From: Ginglymostoma cirratum
Taxonomy: Eukaryota
DNA: 64,000 bases
Assembly (NCBI GenBank): GCA_024137785.1
Contig: JAHRHZ010000278.1
Coordinates: 1,016,848-1,080,847, forward strand
Direction of reading: 5' to 3'
Below the pieces are notes generated by a model. It saw nothing but the letters and a program-made list of their open reading frames with translations. It ran no database searches and was not told the origin of the DNA. Positions 38,155-51,520 of the stretch are shown here, one piece after another (within the stretch, counting starts at the first letter, position 1; every line of letters begins with the position of its first letter). The position numbers and the translations under genes are program-made.

Positions 38155-38210
38155 GGCCCTGTACACTTACGAAGATAACACTGACAATCTGAAATTAGCC
38201 GATTCAGGAG
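38155..38210 (+). CDS. DBN1: Drebrin coding exon 2 (ADF-H domain), 56 nt: (W)ALYTYEDNTDNLKLADSG(A)
   Basis: Acceptor ccttctctccacAG, donor GAG|gtatgt. Translation matches human drebrin WALYTYEDGSDDLKLAASG. The phase-1 end joins 60012 in frame (G|CT = Ala). Confidence 0.93.
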
Positions 38211-38261
38211 GTATGTGACAAATACAGGCTAATTCTATGCCTGTGTATTATTACCCAAAAC

Positions 38262-38362
38262 ATTCACTGCTCCTTTCCTCCAGATGCTGCCTGGCCTGCT
38301 GTGTTCTTCCAGCCTCCTGTTTGTCTAACTTGGCTTCCAGCATCTGCAGTTTTTCTGTCTCT
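38262..38362 (+). mobile_element. Penelope-like terminal fragment about 50 bp downstream of exon 2
   Basis: CTCCTTTCCTCCAGATGCTGCCTGGCCTGCTGTGTTCTTCCAGCCTCCTGTTTG, same subfamily as 15725-15782. Confidence 0.8.
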
Positions 38363-38694
38363 GTACAAACAGGGCTTCTGCTGTTAAAGCAATGGAGATA
38401 GAGATGAGAGAAATCCTTCTACTTAGTAAATGGCATTATCTATAAATAACCTACAGCTTCCCAGGGAAGGTGGTGATTATAATGTTATGAAACAGTCCAG
38501 TTGCCAAGATTGGCAGATGATTGCGATGAGAGATTTTTATCAGTCTGATGTGAATGTAGAAGGTTGGCAACACTACCGAGGTTCTTCCTTCTCTCTAGAC
38601 ATTTCATCGTACAATTTTCTATCCTGACCTTTGGATTATATTAATGTATTTTGCTTCATTGATTGCCTTTGTCCAAAGCCTTACTAAAAGTTTT

Positions 38695-38892
38695 AGCTAT
38701 GGAATCCCCTGCCTGATGCTGATTGAAGCGGAAACCATGTTGGTATTTAAGATTGGATTGGATAGCTCATTGGGAAATGGAAACTGGGGATGGAAGACAT
38801 ATGGGAATGACATGATTGCTCATTTGGAGAAAAGAACCCAACAATGATTGTTTAGGCTGAACCACCTATTTCTGTTTTACAGTTTCTATGTA
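38695..38892 (+). mobile_element. Old CR1 3' end remnant
   Basis: ATGGAATCCCCTGCC...ATTTAAGATTGGATTGGATAG...TAGGCTGAACCACCTATTTCTG. Confidence 0.55.
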
Positions 38893-40569
38893 ATTCTTCG
38901 GCATGTAAAGATTCAGAGATTGACATTGTGTTAAAAAGCAATTGACTCTCCCATGTCAAGTTAAATTGTCCTGCAGTATAGTTCTGAACCTGGTCATTTG
39001 GAATACTTTATAGTAATGTTTCTCATTTTACTGGAGGTTTAAAAAACACACACACAAAGAGCAAGATGATTCATTTTTCAGCATGAGGGGTCACATAAAT
39101 GTATTAGTAGAGATGAAATCCTGAGGTGTGTAGCTAATTACCAAACTGTGAAGTCAGGTACAGACTAGACCTGTCCATTGTGTTTACCAAAGATTTGGAG
39201 AGAGGGGAATTTTGATGGGTACTGGCATTAGTACCGGAAGAAGCAAAAGAAAGACCCAGGAGCTTAAAAAACAAATGTGCAAATTTAAAGTGGTGAAAAG
39301 AACACATATGAAATAAGAGGAGGAAAGAAATTGCAAAGAACAAATACAGGGAGGAAAATAAAGGTATACAGTGTATTAGATCATTTTACAATTGGAGGCA
39401 TCATTTTATTCTGTTTAGAATTATTCCTGCGTTGTCAGTGACATGCTTGGGGTCACTTCAGAACAACATTCGGATCAAGGCACAATGAGGAAATAGCTTG
39501 TTGTTAAAAGTAAATTAAATGGCACTTTTTTAACAAAAGAAGTAAAACCAATTTGATCCAAGTCAAATGTTAGAAATGGCTCCATATAATAAAATTATAA
39601 TATATTCCCAAAACATGGTAGTCAGAAATGATGCAAGTTTCCATCATAAGGCAGTTAGAGTGCTTTAAAAATAATGACACATGTTTTCTTGGTCATCTGA
39701 AAGATGTTTTGACATTTTGCACCCAATCGTATTTCATTGCTGATGTCATTGATGTTTCTAAGTACCTGGGGTATTTTTAGGTGTCAATAACTCCATACCC
39801 AGTACACTTTCAGAACTTCTGCCTGTAACTGATATTTTCCATCTTGACATTGACTTACCCATGGTAAGAGGTAGGGTTGTATCAGCATCATGAGCAGATT
39901 TTGGAAGCTTGAGATTGACGAGGACTAGACACCAAGCAAATGCAAGCTGCTGAATATTTATTAACTATTTACACTTTGTACAGAAGCATTGTTGTCCTCC
40001 ATTTCACTAGACATATTGGTCCCATGTGATCTGACTTCAGATTGTGTCATTGCTGCTGCATGGACATTCATTCTGTACATTACACCTACCACGATTTGAC
40101 TCAACTCATTAATGGGTTTACATCATGAACGTGAACTTCCTTCCGTCCAACTCCAAATCTCTCCTACCAACAGAGCCAACCTCCAGTTGTGTTCTAGGCT
40201 TATTTGGAGGAACTGAGAGATGTACATGTTCTGGATCTTCTCGTTGAAAGGCAAGCAGACTGGCCAATTGGGATGGCAACTTCTCACAACAGCCAATACC
40301 CAGGCTGGGGCACCTAAGGTGACTTGAAAGCAAAAGCATTGAGGACTGATCAAAGAAGGACTGGTTCGGGAGACAGATCATCAGGACCTGAAGCATCAAA
40401 ACCCTGTAAAGGGCAAGACAGCAAACTGAAATTAAATTTTCCTCTCTCTCTCTCCCTTCTGAATGTTCTTCTCCTTCGCAAAATAGAAGCGGTTTAAAGT
40501 AACTGCTTGAGAAAATGAAGCTCATTTCTGAGTGTCACTATGGCAGATTCCTCTTCTTGGTTCAATATT

Positions 40570-40755
40570 GCCATTCCTCACTGTCACTAGGTCAAAGCCC
40601 TGAAACCCCCTCCATAACAGCACTGTGGCAGTACCTGCACCACAAGGACTGCAATGGTTCGAGAAGGCAGCTCACCATCATCTTCTGAAGGGCAACTAAG
40701 ATTAGGCAATAAATGTTGGCTTAGCTAGTGACACCAACATCCCTGAAAGAATAAA
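40570..40755 (+). mobile_element. LINE 3' end (same family as 22880-23042)
   Basis: GGTTCGAGAAGGCAGCTCACCATCATCTTCTGAAGGGCAACTA...GCAATAAATG. Confidence 0.75.
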
Positions 40756-41424
40756 CTAAAACAATCACTGATACCATAATAATGAAAGTACTATTCAATG
40801 CCTTATCCAGGAATGACAAAAACAACAAAGAACAATAGGATCTGTATCCCTCTATTCCCTCCCTACTCATGTAGTCACCCAAAAAGGAGAATAAAGAATA
40901 TTTAGAAGACAATTCTGAAAATGAGGAAATGATGATTTCTCTATAGTATTGATAGGCATTTATTCTACAGTATGTAATGTTACTGTTTCTACATTCTCTT
41001 CAGCTTCAGGCTGCTTCTCTGCAGACAATGATATAATGAGAACTCCAGCAGTAAGTAGGATTTCACTATAATCAAATGAGAGAACGTATCCATGAAGAGT
41101 GAAGGAAAATACAGCTGCTGGGCACTTGCACCAGAATTGGGATTTACAGGAAGCTCCTTTGCAGTATTGTGATCTGCAAGCTTGCTTGAGGATTTAGAAG
41201 ATTTGACTCTGTAATCAGGTATTTTCTCAACAGCTATATTCGTAATAGGAAGGACGTCATGACCCAGAACTTCCAATAGGAAGATTGTCACTTCAGCGGC
41301 TTTGACTGGAGATGGTTGTTGGAATATGAGGAAGTCACTATGCAATTGCTGACTAATTGTCTGGAATTGTAACCATCTGATAGGTAATCACCGGCATCTA
41401 GAACCTTCCAAAACAGCCTTCAAC

Positions 41425-41525
41425 TCTTCAGAAGAACAGCCATTGAACCCGAACCATTAACTTTAACCTGTCCCCACAGATGCTGCCACACCTGCTGAGC
41501 CTTTCCAGCAATTTCTGTTTTTGTG
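41425..41525 (+). mobile_element. Penelope-like fragment, degenerate core
   Basis: CCACAGATGCTGCCACACCTGCTGAGCCTTTCCAGCAATTTCTGTTTTTG. Confidence 0.75.
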
Positions 41526-42589
41526 TCTTCAGCACTGAATTCAAGCTGGAGATTTTGGATGCTGTCACTCATTTACATAAACAGTTAACCAGGCAAGATT
41601 ACAGAGATTAAAACCTGCTTTAATTCCTAGATAACTACACACGCGACTGTCCCCGATTCTCCATTGATGCGACCAACACCCTCTGACACGATTCTCCCCA
41701 TCAAAACCCTTCCCACGCTCCCCTCAACTTGATTACCAACCCAAACCAAAGCCAACCACCAACTCCTCTCTGAGACTCACACCTAACCCACCCTACTGCT
41801 TCACCCAGCTACCATTCTACCCCCCTGCCACCCTTCATCCTTGTACTCAGCCTGCCAACCATCCTTCCATCCTGCACCCTATCTAGATATTTGACTATTC
41901 ACATGCTCCTTACCCGCTTACCTGACTCACTCAGTCACACACCTTCGATAAGAAACATTAAATATCCTTGAGAAGAAAATGATACATATGCTTGGAATAA
42001 TTAACCAACAATACCAATAAATTCTTAAAGAAAATAAAAGACGCCACCTTTATACAATGACGTGTTTAAAAGAACCAGGAAAAGATAAAAAAAATCTATT
42101 TAGTATTGGAAATATGCTACAAACATCTCATTCAACTTGTTTTGCAGCTTAAATCTTTGTCTACTGCTACCCATCAGGAGCATTCCCAGCACTTCCGACA
42201 TTTTGGAAAGATTTTCCCACAGTGTGTCAAGGCCTACCCAATTTGCAGTGATGGTGGCTTTGTGAGATTAAAACACTGGATCCTTCAGTGGAACAGGAAG
42301 ACAAATTTATTTCTTTTATAATGTTCTTCAGCAAACATTGGTTCTTCTCAAATAAACTGAGAGAGCTTTTAGACAATGTTATCAGTTATGCTGTCTTCGA
42401 AGAATCAAGCAAAATTCAGGACCTCTTCCAACAAATCATCAGCATCATTTGCATCTTTATCCTTTTCCGGTCTTTTCCTTTAAGAATAATGTAAGTTCTA
42501 GAATATCATCTTGCAGTACGTCACCTTCATCCTTGGTGCAACATTTCCCCTCTTGTATGAGTCTCTCCTTTGGGAGACATGCACAATCT

Positions 42590-43370
42590 GTTTCTGGGTT
42601 TGATATATTGTTATCACATGCACTGTGATACAGTGAAAAGTTTATTTTGTGTGCTATACAGACAGATTGTGCCGTACAAAGAGTATCAGGGTAGCAGAAC
42701 AGAGTGCAGTATACAGTGCTCCAGCCGCAGAGAAGTTGCCGAGAGATATCTTCTTTAACATTTGATAGGTCCATTCAAAAGTCTGATATTAGCTGGGAAG
42801 AAGCTGTTCTTGAATTTGTTCGTACGTGTATACAAACTTTTATATCTTCTGCCTGATGGAAGAGAGTATAACTGGGGTGGGAGGGTCTCTGATGATGTTG
42901 GTTGCTTTCCCGGGGCAGCAGGATGTTTAGGTGGAGTCCATGGAAGGAAGGCTGGTTTGCCTGATGGTCTGGGCTGTGTTCACAACTCTCTGTAGTTTCT
43001 TGCAGTCTTGCAGTTGCCATGCCAAGCTGTGATGCATCTGGACAGGATGCTTTCTATGGTGCATCTATAAAAATTGGTAAGAGTCTTTGTAGACATGCTG
43101 AATTTCCTTAGCCTCCTGAAGAAGTAGAGGCATTTGGTGCTTTCCTGACTGTAGCATTGACATGGATCAACCAGGATCGATTGTTGGTGATCATCACTCC
43201 CAGGAACCTGACTCTCTTGACCACCTCCACCTCAGCACCAGTGATGCAGACAGGGATGTGCCCTCCACACTGCTTCCTGAAGTTGATGACCAGCTCCTTC
43301 ATTTTGCTGACATAGAGGAAGAAATTGTTGTCTTTACATTGCGCTGCCAAGCACTCAGTCTGCTTTAATC
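42590..43370 (-). mobile_element. Rex1/Babar-like LINE fragment
   Basis: ORF 43108..43350 (CKDNNFFLYVSKMKELVINFRK...EVEVVKRVRFLGVMITNNRSW) is RT C-terminal sequence. The 3' part matches 26610-27190. Confidence 0.8.
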
Positions 43371-44550
43371 TCCTGTGGTCCTAGGAAAGGTGTTTCCTCG
43401 AATGAACACTGATTTGTTCTGAGTCCATTTCAGCTTCAACTGGTAAGTAAAGAAGATTCAAAGTCATGCAAGCTTCTCTGCTTAATAAAGAACAATCAAA
43501 GTTAAGAATAACATGCAAGGTGTCAGTGATCTCTCTCCTGAAATATAGCTTTGGCTAACATTCTTATTGGAATACCTGCTGCACCATTAAGTTGAATGGA
43601 AGGTAGTTGGAGAAATTAAAACTTGACCCGCACTTGACATCTGAAAGAATGGATACACCAACTATTATATTCAGTTTAAAATAGTTCTCTTGCCAATAAA
43701 CTCGGGTCTAATACTTCTCCTAAGAAGAATACGTTATTTTTCTTCAGTTGCATTTATTACTTGAACAGAAATAGATTAGAGTGATCTGTTTGTTAAATAT
43801 TTTGTCCCATGCTATGGGAGCCCATTACAGCTTCAGCACACTACCTGTGGAATGGCCTCTGGTGCCCCTGGTATTCAGGCTTGAGCAGGTTTTGCTCTGA
43901 TGAAGGGTTTTCCCATCATGGTGGGGACTAGAAGAACATTCAGTGTCTCTGTCCTCTTCCCATTGTTTCTATCAGCCCATTCATTGATAAACTGTGCCGA
44001 GTTCGAATAAACAGTCTGTACCCAGCAAACTTCCCTGTCCCTTCTGATAAGAATAATCTGTTTGGGTTGCAAATGTCAGTGCAGTCTGAATACCTTATGA
44101 ATGTGTAAGGTCCTCTTTGAACTACAATAATTCTGTTAAAGCTTCAACCAGCAATTTTACCATTATGTAGTCTCGTATGAGCTTATCTCTCAATATTCTG
44201 TATTGGTAATTATCAATGAGGCAATGCAGATAGTTTATGAAATGATTACTGGTCTCCCCTGGCTCCTAGTGGGGCTGATTAAGCTTTTTCCAGTTTATTA
44301 TAAAATTGCACCACTAAATTAAATGAATCAAAGGTCTTATTATATTTGGATAGATCTGTGCTTAATCAGAATGGTACTGGCTCTGCTCCTGCTGATGGTG
44401 AATGGAAGTGCACTGTCCTGGTCTCTTTCAGGCTTCAGATCGAATCTGGAGGTAGTTCGGTCGCTGTTGAAGTGACAGTACCAGTAGATCCAGTGGGTGA
44501 CTTTATCAGGACCCTGTGCATGTCGAAGGGCTCTGGAAGAGATCAGCTTT

Positions 44551-44860
44551 CATAGAATCCCTACAGTGTGGAAACAGACCCTTTGGCTCAACAAGTCCAC
44601 ACTGACCCTCCGAGCATCCCACCCAGACCCGTTCTCTTATAACCCGCCCAATCTACACATCCGTGCACACTACAGGCAATTTAGCGTGACCAATCCACCT
44701 AGCCTGCACATCTTCGGACTATGGGAGGAAATTGGAAGACCCAGAGGAAACCCACGCAGACACGGGGGGGGAACGTGCAAACACCACACAGATAGTTGCC
44801 CGAGGGTGGAATCGAACCCGGTCCCTGGCGCTGTGAGGCAGCGGTGCTTGCCACTGTGCA
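44551..44860 (-). mobile_element. HE1-type V-SINE
   Basis: CATAGAATCCCTACAGTGTGGAAACAG...GGAATCGAACCCGGTCCCTGGCGCTGTGAGGCAGC. Confidence 0.9.
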
Positions 44861-45779
44861 ATCTGTCCCATCATGTCACCATCTGCATTCTGCCACAGTC
44901 ACTATGTGCAAATCTCCTGGGCATATCTTGGGAATTTTAGACAGAGATGAGGACTGGACACCATGTTAGTGCAAACTGAGGAACTATTTACATTTTGTAC
45001 AGAGGCACAGTTGAGCAGGTCTTTACTAGGGCCTTTTTCCAGCAGTTCCCAGTCCCTTGACATCAGAAATCATTTGATATCACTCATAATGCGATCTAGT
45101 TATTAATATACAGCTATGAATACCATACCTTGAGGTGGGGGGCGGGGAGCAGTCTGAATGTGCAAGAAGTTGACAATTTGTTTCTTCAAAGTTAGTGTTC
45201 CACTCAAAACAAGAGGCTTCCATGCCAAATTGTTGGAATTTTACCAACATGAGTGGTTGGTGCGTATGCAATGTGATGGCTTTCATTACATTTAAGAAAA
45301 CCTACATTTGTTTTTAATATGACTGTTGGTCAATTTAAGCCTATGTTTTGGGAAGCCAATCATTCAACGGAATCCATCCATATCTTACAGGTGTAATTGG
45401 ATATAGCATTCTACAGATGATGCATTTGACTGCTGACTTTGTACAATGTCTATCAATTTAACGTTAACTGCTGGTAACGCTACCAGTCAATTGGGTCCAC
45501 ACACCAGGGGCTGGGTCCAGTTGCAAAGTTGACTGAGCAATTGAAGGCATCATCAGTTTCTCTATATCCCAGTTTTGAACTACAATAGGTATAAATATAG
45601 CCCCAGGTCAAAAAGCATCTCTTCTGATGTAGCAACTGTGGAAAATGGCCCATCTCATTCAAGTATAGAAGGTGCATACATGATTCACTTCCTCTGGAAA
45701 TTATGCTGTGCAACCAATGAAATATCATTGTGATATTAGGCAAAATGTAACCAGTCTGTAAGTAGTAATTAAGTGACAA

Positions 45780-46325
45780 GATGATCAGTTTTACTATTGC
45801 AGAGAGATAAATATTGCCTGGACACTAGAGGAATTTCCCTGGTCTTCCTCTAATAGTGCTGCGGGATCTTTCCCATTCACTAAATCTTTTGGTTTAATGT
45901 CTCGTCCAATGATGGCACCTTTGACTATTCAGTTCTCCCATAGGACTGAAAGGGGCAGCACAGTGGTTAGCACTGCTGCCTCAGTGCCACAGATCCAAGT
46001 TTGATTCCACCTTTGGGTGGCTGTGCAAACTCAACACAAACATTCTCGCCATGTCTGCATGGGTTTCCTCTGGGTGCTCCTCCCATAATGTCTAGGGATG
46101 TGCAGGCTAGCTGGATAAGCCATGGGAAATGCAGGGTTATAGGGATATGGTAGGGGGTGGGGATGGGTCTGGGTGGGATGCTGTTCAGAGGGTTGGCATG
46201 GACTCGATGGGCCAAATGGCCTGCTTCCACAATGTTGGGATTCAGTTATTCTATGGCTTAGAAGCCTAAATAATGTGCTGATATCTCCAGAATTGAAGTT
46301 GAACTCACAACCTTCAAGCCAGGAG
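45780..46325 (-). mobile_element. SacSINE1-like DeuSINE interrupted by an HE1 SINE
   Basis: GAGATAAATATTGCCTGGACAC...AATAGTGC...GGTTTAATGTCTCGTCCAATGATGGCACC. The head resumes after 46255 (TTGAACTCACAACCTTC). Confidence 0.6.
45952..46255 (+). mobile_element. HE1-type V-SINE
   Basis: GGGGCAGCACAGTGGTTAGCACTGCTGCCTCA...GACTCGATGGGCCAAATGGCCTGCTTCCAC. Confidence 0.88.
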
Positions 46326-48410
46326 TTGTTGTTTAAAAAGCAGACATCTTAAAATTTTTAAGAGCATGTATAGCCTGCATGTCAGCTATTAATTATGTAC
46401 AGTAATAAGCTCTATGATAGCAAATCAGAGGATACTAATCAGTCTGAGACAAAACTATTGTGAAGTATTGGACCATGCCTTCTTTAAATACCATAAATGA
46501 AATACTGTTTTGTGTGGTCATTTTGCAGAATATCACTGCTGGCACCTTGTGGGGTTTGTCACCTCTACCAGTATGTGGTTCTGATTTAAGTTTTGTTTGA
46601 AATAGAAACAAAAAATTTATGGCACAAAGAGGCCATTTGGCCCATCTTAACTGCTGCAGTGAAGAAAGAGTCAATTCCTCAAGTTGTTTCGAGCATCTAG
46701 AGATCAGAATTACACTTCTACTGCTCCTCTAGATTTAAAATTATCACTAAAACAAAAGAACAAAATAATTAGTTATTTTTGGGACTGAGCATGAGCTGAA
46801 AGTTCTCTAGAATCTCTTCATTGTCTGTTGCTCCTTTTAATAAACTCTTTCAATAGTTTATTGTATACACCACAATCTGATAGCAGGAAATAAATGTGCT
46901 TTCTAAAGTGCCAGAGAACATGAATGCTTATGTCTTATCCTGTTCGCTAACTACAATGACGGTGCTGTGTTACCATTTATTTGGAGATAAAACTCAACTT
47001 TGATAGTGGTACAAAAAATATCAACTTGAAGGATTAAAACAAAATCCATTACATTGTACGAGAAGCCTATCTACTGCCATTCCTTTTGTATCCTCACCAG
47101 AACTGAATTTTACACCCCGATCAGATTTTTAGGAAACAGACTTGCTTATGGGAATGGTCTTTAATGTGTGATGTGAGAGAGATATGTATCTATAAGCAAA
47201 ATTATAAGGCATTATAGCATCAGCTCTGATCAATCGCTTCTGGTTTTTTGGGCTAATTTATGGCTTTCTCAAGTCTTGTAGTGACCTTTCACTAAAATAT
47301 GACAAGTATTATAATCTTGTGCTGTCTCAGCACAGCAATGAGTTAATTTTCACAAGATTCAAATGTTTTGAAAGCTGTTATTTAAACAATGATATTAAAA
47401 TGCTGTTAGAGCTATCAGTATCTTTATTATTATTCTGGCTTTTTGAGTATGACCAACTAGTTATAAAACCCTTATAATCTACACTGCAGAACACTCCGTA
47501 TGATTTCCATCAAGACTGATACGTTATTAAAAAGTGAGGCATTTCTACAATGACAAGAAAGAAAATAATATCTTATTTTAAAAATCTTTATTGTAACAAA
47601 AAGACACAATTCAGGTATTAATTAGAAGACAAATCATACTTCAAATAAAATTTCACTAAGTTGTTAATGCAACAAAGATATGTTACAAAACTGATCTCTG
47701 CTGAGCATGGATGAATTAAACTCTGCTACCAAGCCCCACAGCTCTCTGTGTTTCAGAGATTCAGTTCCTTTACTCTTACCAAGTATCACTTCTCCTGTTT
47801 TTCCAGCAATCCCAACAAAGCACCAATCTTCCCACCCTGCCACTACTCCTAGAATCCATCTATCTGGTCTCTTTTACTAACTGTGACTTCCTACTCCATG
47901 TACCTCATCCACAGTTTCACAGTCCATGCCCTATTCTCAGAACGCTTACCCTGCTTCTTTACAGGGAAATCTGGGTGTTCTGAAACTGCCCTACCACCAG
48001 CCACAGAACGCCACTGTACATTGATATTCCGCTCCCTGCGATGTGTTGTTCATTTACATCTAACTCCCATTTCCACAGCAACTGGCATGGGCAGCAGCTG
48101 CACATTTTTCAAATTGGGGCAACTTGCCAACACAATTAGATGGGTGAGTGTAAAACTGATTTGTGTAGTGCCACTTCTGGCAGCGATACCTACAGAGTGG
48201 AAGTGAATGAGGCCACGGGAGGGGTCTCACGCACGCAACTGTGTACCGTGTGTACCTGGGTTTGCTGAACCGATGTCAACACTGGTGCCAAATTTGATCG
48301 ATGTGTGCGCAGGGAATACCTTCTCCAATTTGTTTTGAAACAACAAGCTTTGGGAAGCGTAGTGAGCCCGGTCTGGAGCTGTTTAAAAGCCAACATGTTT
48401 CAGTTGATTC

Positions 48411-48639
48411 AGAGATAGTGGGACCTGCCGATGCTGGAGAATCTGAGAGAACAAGGTGTAGAGCTGGATGAACACAGGCCAAGCAGCATCAGAGGAGCAG
48501 GAAAGCTGACGTTTCGGGTCTGGACCCTTTTTTTTTTTTTCTTTTCTGAAGAAGTGTCCCGACATGAAACATCAGCTTTCCTGCTCCTCTGATGCTGCTT
48601 GGCCTGCTGTGTTCATCCAGCTCTACACCTTGTTATCTC
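48411..48639. mobile_element. Palindromic Penelope-like mini-element with central poly(T)
   Basis: Arm 48445-48515 is the reverse complement of 48566-48639. Imperfect TSD TGTTTCAGTTGA (48396-48407) / TGTTGCAGCTGA (48640-48651). Confidence 0.85.
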
Positions 48640-51369
48640 TGTTGCAGCTGAGGTACTTTTCCCTTAGTTGGGCTCAGGTCATGTTGGGGGGAGTACCCCA
48701 AGTTGCTGGAGGGGTTTGGAGGTGCCTGCTGACCACTGAAAGGCAGAGAAAGGCACTGTCTTATGGGGGTATTGTGCACTGTAGTTACAATGCCATCTGC
48801 TCTCCATGTGAGGAGGAGGAGGAGGAGGTGGTGCTGGACGGAGGAGACAATGAGGGAGAATGTTTACATGTGAAAGGAGTACAATTGGAATTTGAGTAAC
48901 AAAAAGGGAAAATCCGCAAGATGTAACAGTTAAAGAAAGATGAGTTCAAAGAGGACCAAGTTACGCCAGAAAAGATCTTAGAATGTTAACATTGACGATG
49001 TAACAGAAATGTACCTAGGGCCCAGGTATCCCCTCTGTGGAGGAAGTGAGGAACGTGGTGAGAAGGGTGAATAATTGGGGGAGTTTGCCTTGGAGAGATC
49101 GTCACCCCTGTTCCTGTCACCTCAGCACCTGGCTGAGTAGCTCCATGTGCTACATCTCAACTCAGGCCAGATTAAGGCCCTTCTCATCGTGGGCCCAATT
49201 TTCCCACTTTCTCAGCAGGTGAGAGAAGTGGTTGGTTTTCCAGCTGGGAAACCAGGGTAGCCAGCCTGTCAGCTTGGTTGTAGGGGTAAAGTTCCTTCAT
49301 TATCCCCCTCCCCCACCCAAGTCTGGGTCAAAGGGGAGCAGGGACGGAGGTGAGATGCAAGAGGATGAACGCTACTCCCCTGCCCATGCCTCTAACACCC
49401 CACTTGCCAAAACCCCTCCCTACACCTTTAAGTCCATAAAGCTTGAGTCTCCAACACAATGTCTAGGCGTAGGCCGTAGGTATGTGATTGGCCTGCAGTT
49501 TCTGGTGAGGTGGAACTTAGGTCTTGATTTGCCAGCAGCTCACTAGGGAGCTCCTTAGCGTCTGGTACTTGATCATGGGAGCTCTCACGGGTGACCCTGA
49601 GATTGCCTACTCCCTCACTACACACATGGAGCATGACATCATGGCCCTGGAAAGCAAAATATAATAAACAGGAAAAGTAAACAATGGTAATGCAGCAGAT
49701 AGAATGCACAGGGCATTTCAAAAAACTTTTGACGAGGTTAACTCAAGACTATGTTGGAGGCAGGGGACAAACAATAAAATGGATCATAAACCAGCAACAC
49801 GACACAAGTCAGAGCATCGAGGGTCAAGCTAGTTGCTCCAATTGGTGGGAACGGAGTCCCATTGGAATCAATGGTGGGACTCAAGGGTAGGGATAGTCAT
49901 CAGGGTGTTGGAGCTGCTCATATTTCAATGCCAGTTATCCTGACTGCCACCCCCACCCACCCAACTCTTCCCTAATGTTCTTCTTGTGCCATGAATAAAT
50001 AGTCACTGTGGGATCAAACTGTTTCCTACAGATTAAGCAAAGCTTTGTCTTGTACTTTATGCCTGTACTTATAAAGCCTGTCGAAAGCTCAGCTTTCAAT
50101 ATGGAGCACTTTACAACTGCAGCTTCGTCAGACATTAGCACACAACATTAGCCCAGGTTTTCCGATGGCCATACAGTCACTATTCCAGCACAGATGGGAG
50201 ATGTGCATCAGGACCATACAGAAGCCCCATCGTCGCATGCTCCAAAGGAAAGGCCAAAAAGATGTACTTTTCCACTGGGCAATTCCTCTGCACCTGTGAG
50301 CTTCTGAAAGTAACCATTTCAGTACTTTGTCTAACTCTGGAGTAACTGTGAAACTGATCCCATATTTACTGAAAGACACCTTCCCTGGATCGCTTACACC
50401 TCCCAGACTCTGTCTCTCCCCTCCTTCCCAGTGCCCACCCCAACATGACACACAGACACACCTACACACACACACATGCCAAACCTGATCCAATCCAACC
50501 CCCTCTGCCCATCCTCACCTGCACCAGGGTTGATTTCTCCCCCCAACTCTGACCAACCTTCGCCACTGCATAATGTACCTTGCCACATTACACCTTGACA
50601 ACCTACTAATTTGGCATTGACCCGGTCCTCTCCCTAGATGGCACTCTACTTACCTGGCTTCCTACCCACCTGGCAACCTATCCCCTCTACCCATCTGTCA
50701 CCCAACCCTCCCAGAACTTAACATCACACTTATCCGATGTACTTATGGATGAACAGCAGCTATCAAAGTGACTGTGACTGTCAGGACCTTTCCTTTTCAG
50801 GGAAAGGCAGCTGATTGCTGTGAGAGGTTCCACACTCTGAAAGAACTGTCAGACTGGAAGAACAGGTTTGCATTTCTGAGGGAGTCCTGAGTGGGTTCTC
50901 CTCTCGGAAATGTGGAGCTCCCTGTTAATCCGAGTAAGATTGCCGATACTCAGAAAATCCAGCCGTTTGTTGTTTATATTATGCAAACGGTCTGCCTTTC
51001 TGACTGTAGTCCTTTTACAATGTTCAGGCAGGAACATCAAGAATCGAAGCTCAGTAAGCACTGCAGGCAAGAGCCCTTCTTAGAAATGAAACGATCTTGA
51101 ACTAACAGTGATGTACTGTTTTGGCACATGATTCGTGGTTTCACTTTAAAATTTAAAAATGGCAAAGCCTTCCAAAAAATTAGCACCAACCGAATTACTT
51201 GCAATAGTGTGCTATATTTTATTTATAGATCTCCCACAAGTGGACTTTGTTAACAGATACCTTACACTTCGCATTGAGTGATAAATAATTTCTCATTTTA
51301 AACTCAAACTAACCACACTTATAAATGCCAAGCGAAACATATGATGGGAGAGCTGTTGATGCTGCAATT

Positions 51370-51520
51370 TTGAAAACATGAACAGAAAATGCTAGGAACA
51401 CTCAGTAGACCAGGCAGCATCTGTGGAGACAGAAACAAACTATGTTTGAGATCCTCGATCTTCACCAGTTCTGAAGAGTCACGGCCTGTGCTGTCAGATA
51501 TCCTGAGCATTTTCAACACT
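51370..51520. mobile_element. Old palindromic Penelope-like remnant
   Basis: ACAGAAAATGCTAGGAACACTCAG...GGCAGCATCTGTGGAG...GTTCTGAAGA...CTGAGCATTTTC. Confidence 0.6.

Noticed and set aside
43430-43450. Strong donor AACTG|GTAAGT resembling the expected end of exon 1
   Set aside because: It lies downstream of exon 2 and the upstream sequence does not encode drebrin.
43895-43925. CTGATGAAGGG hammerhead-like start (also CTGATGA at ~33497)
   Set aside because: No closing helix II with GAAAC and no Penelope-like flanks.
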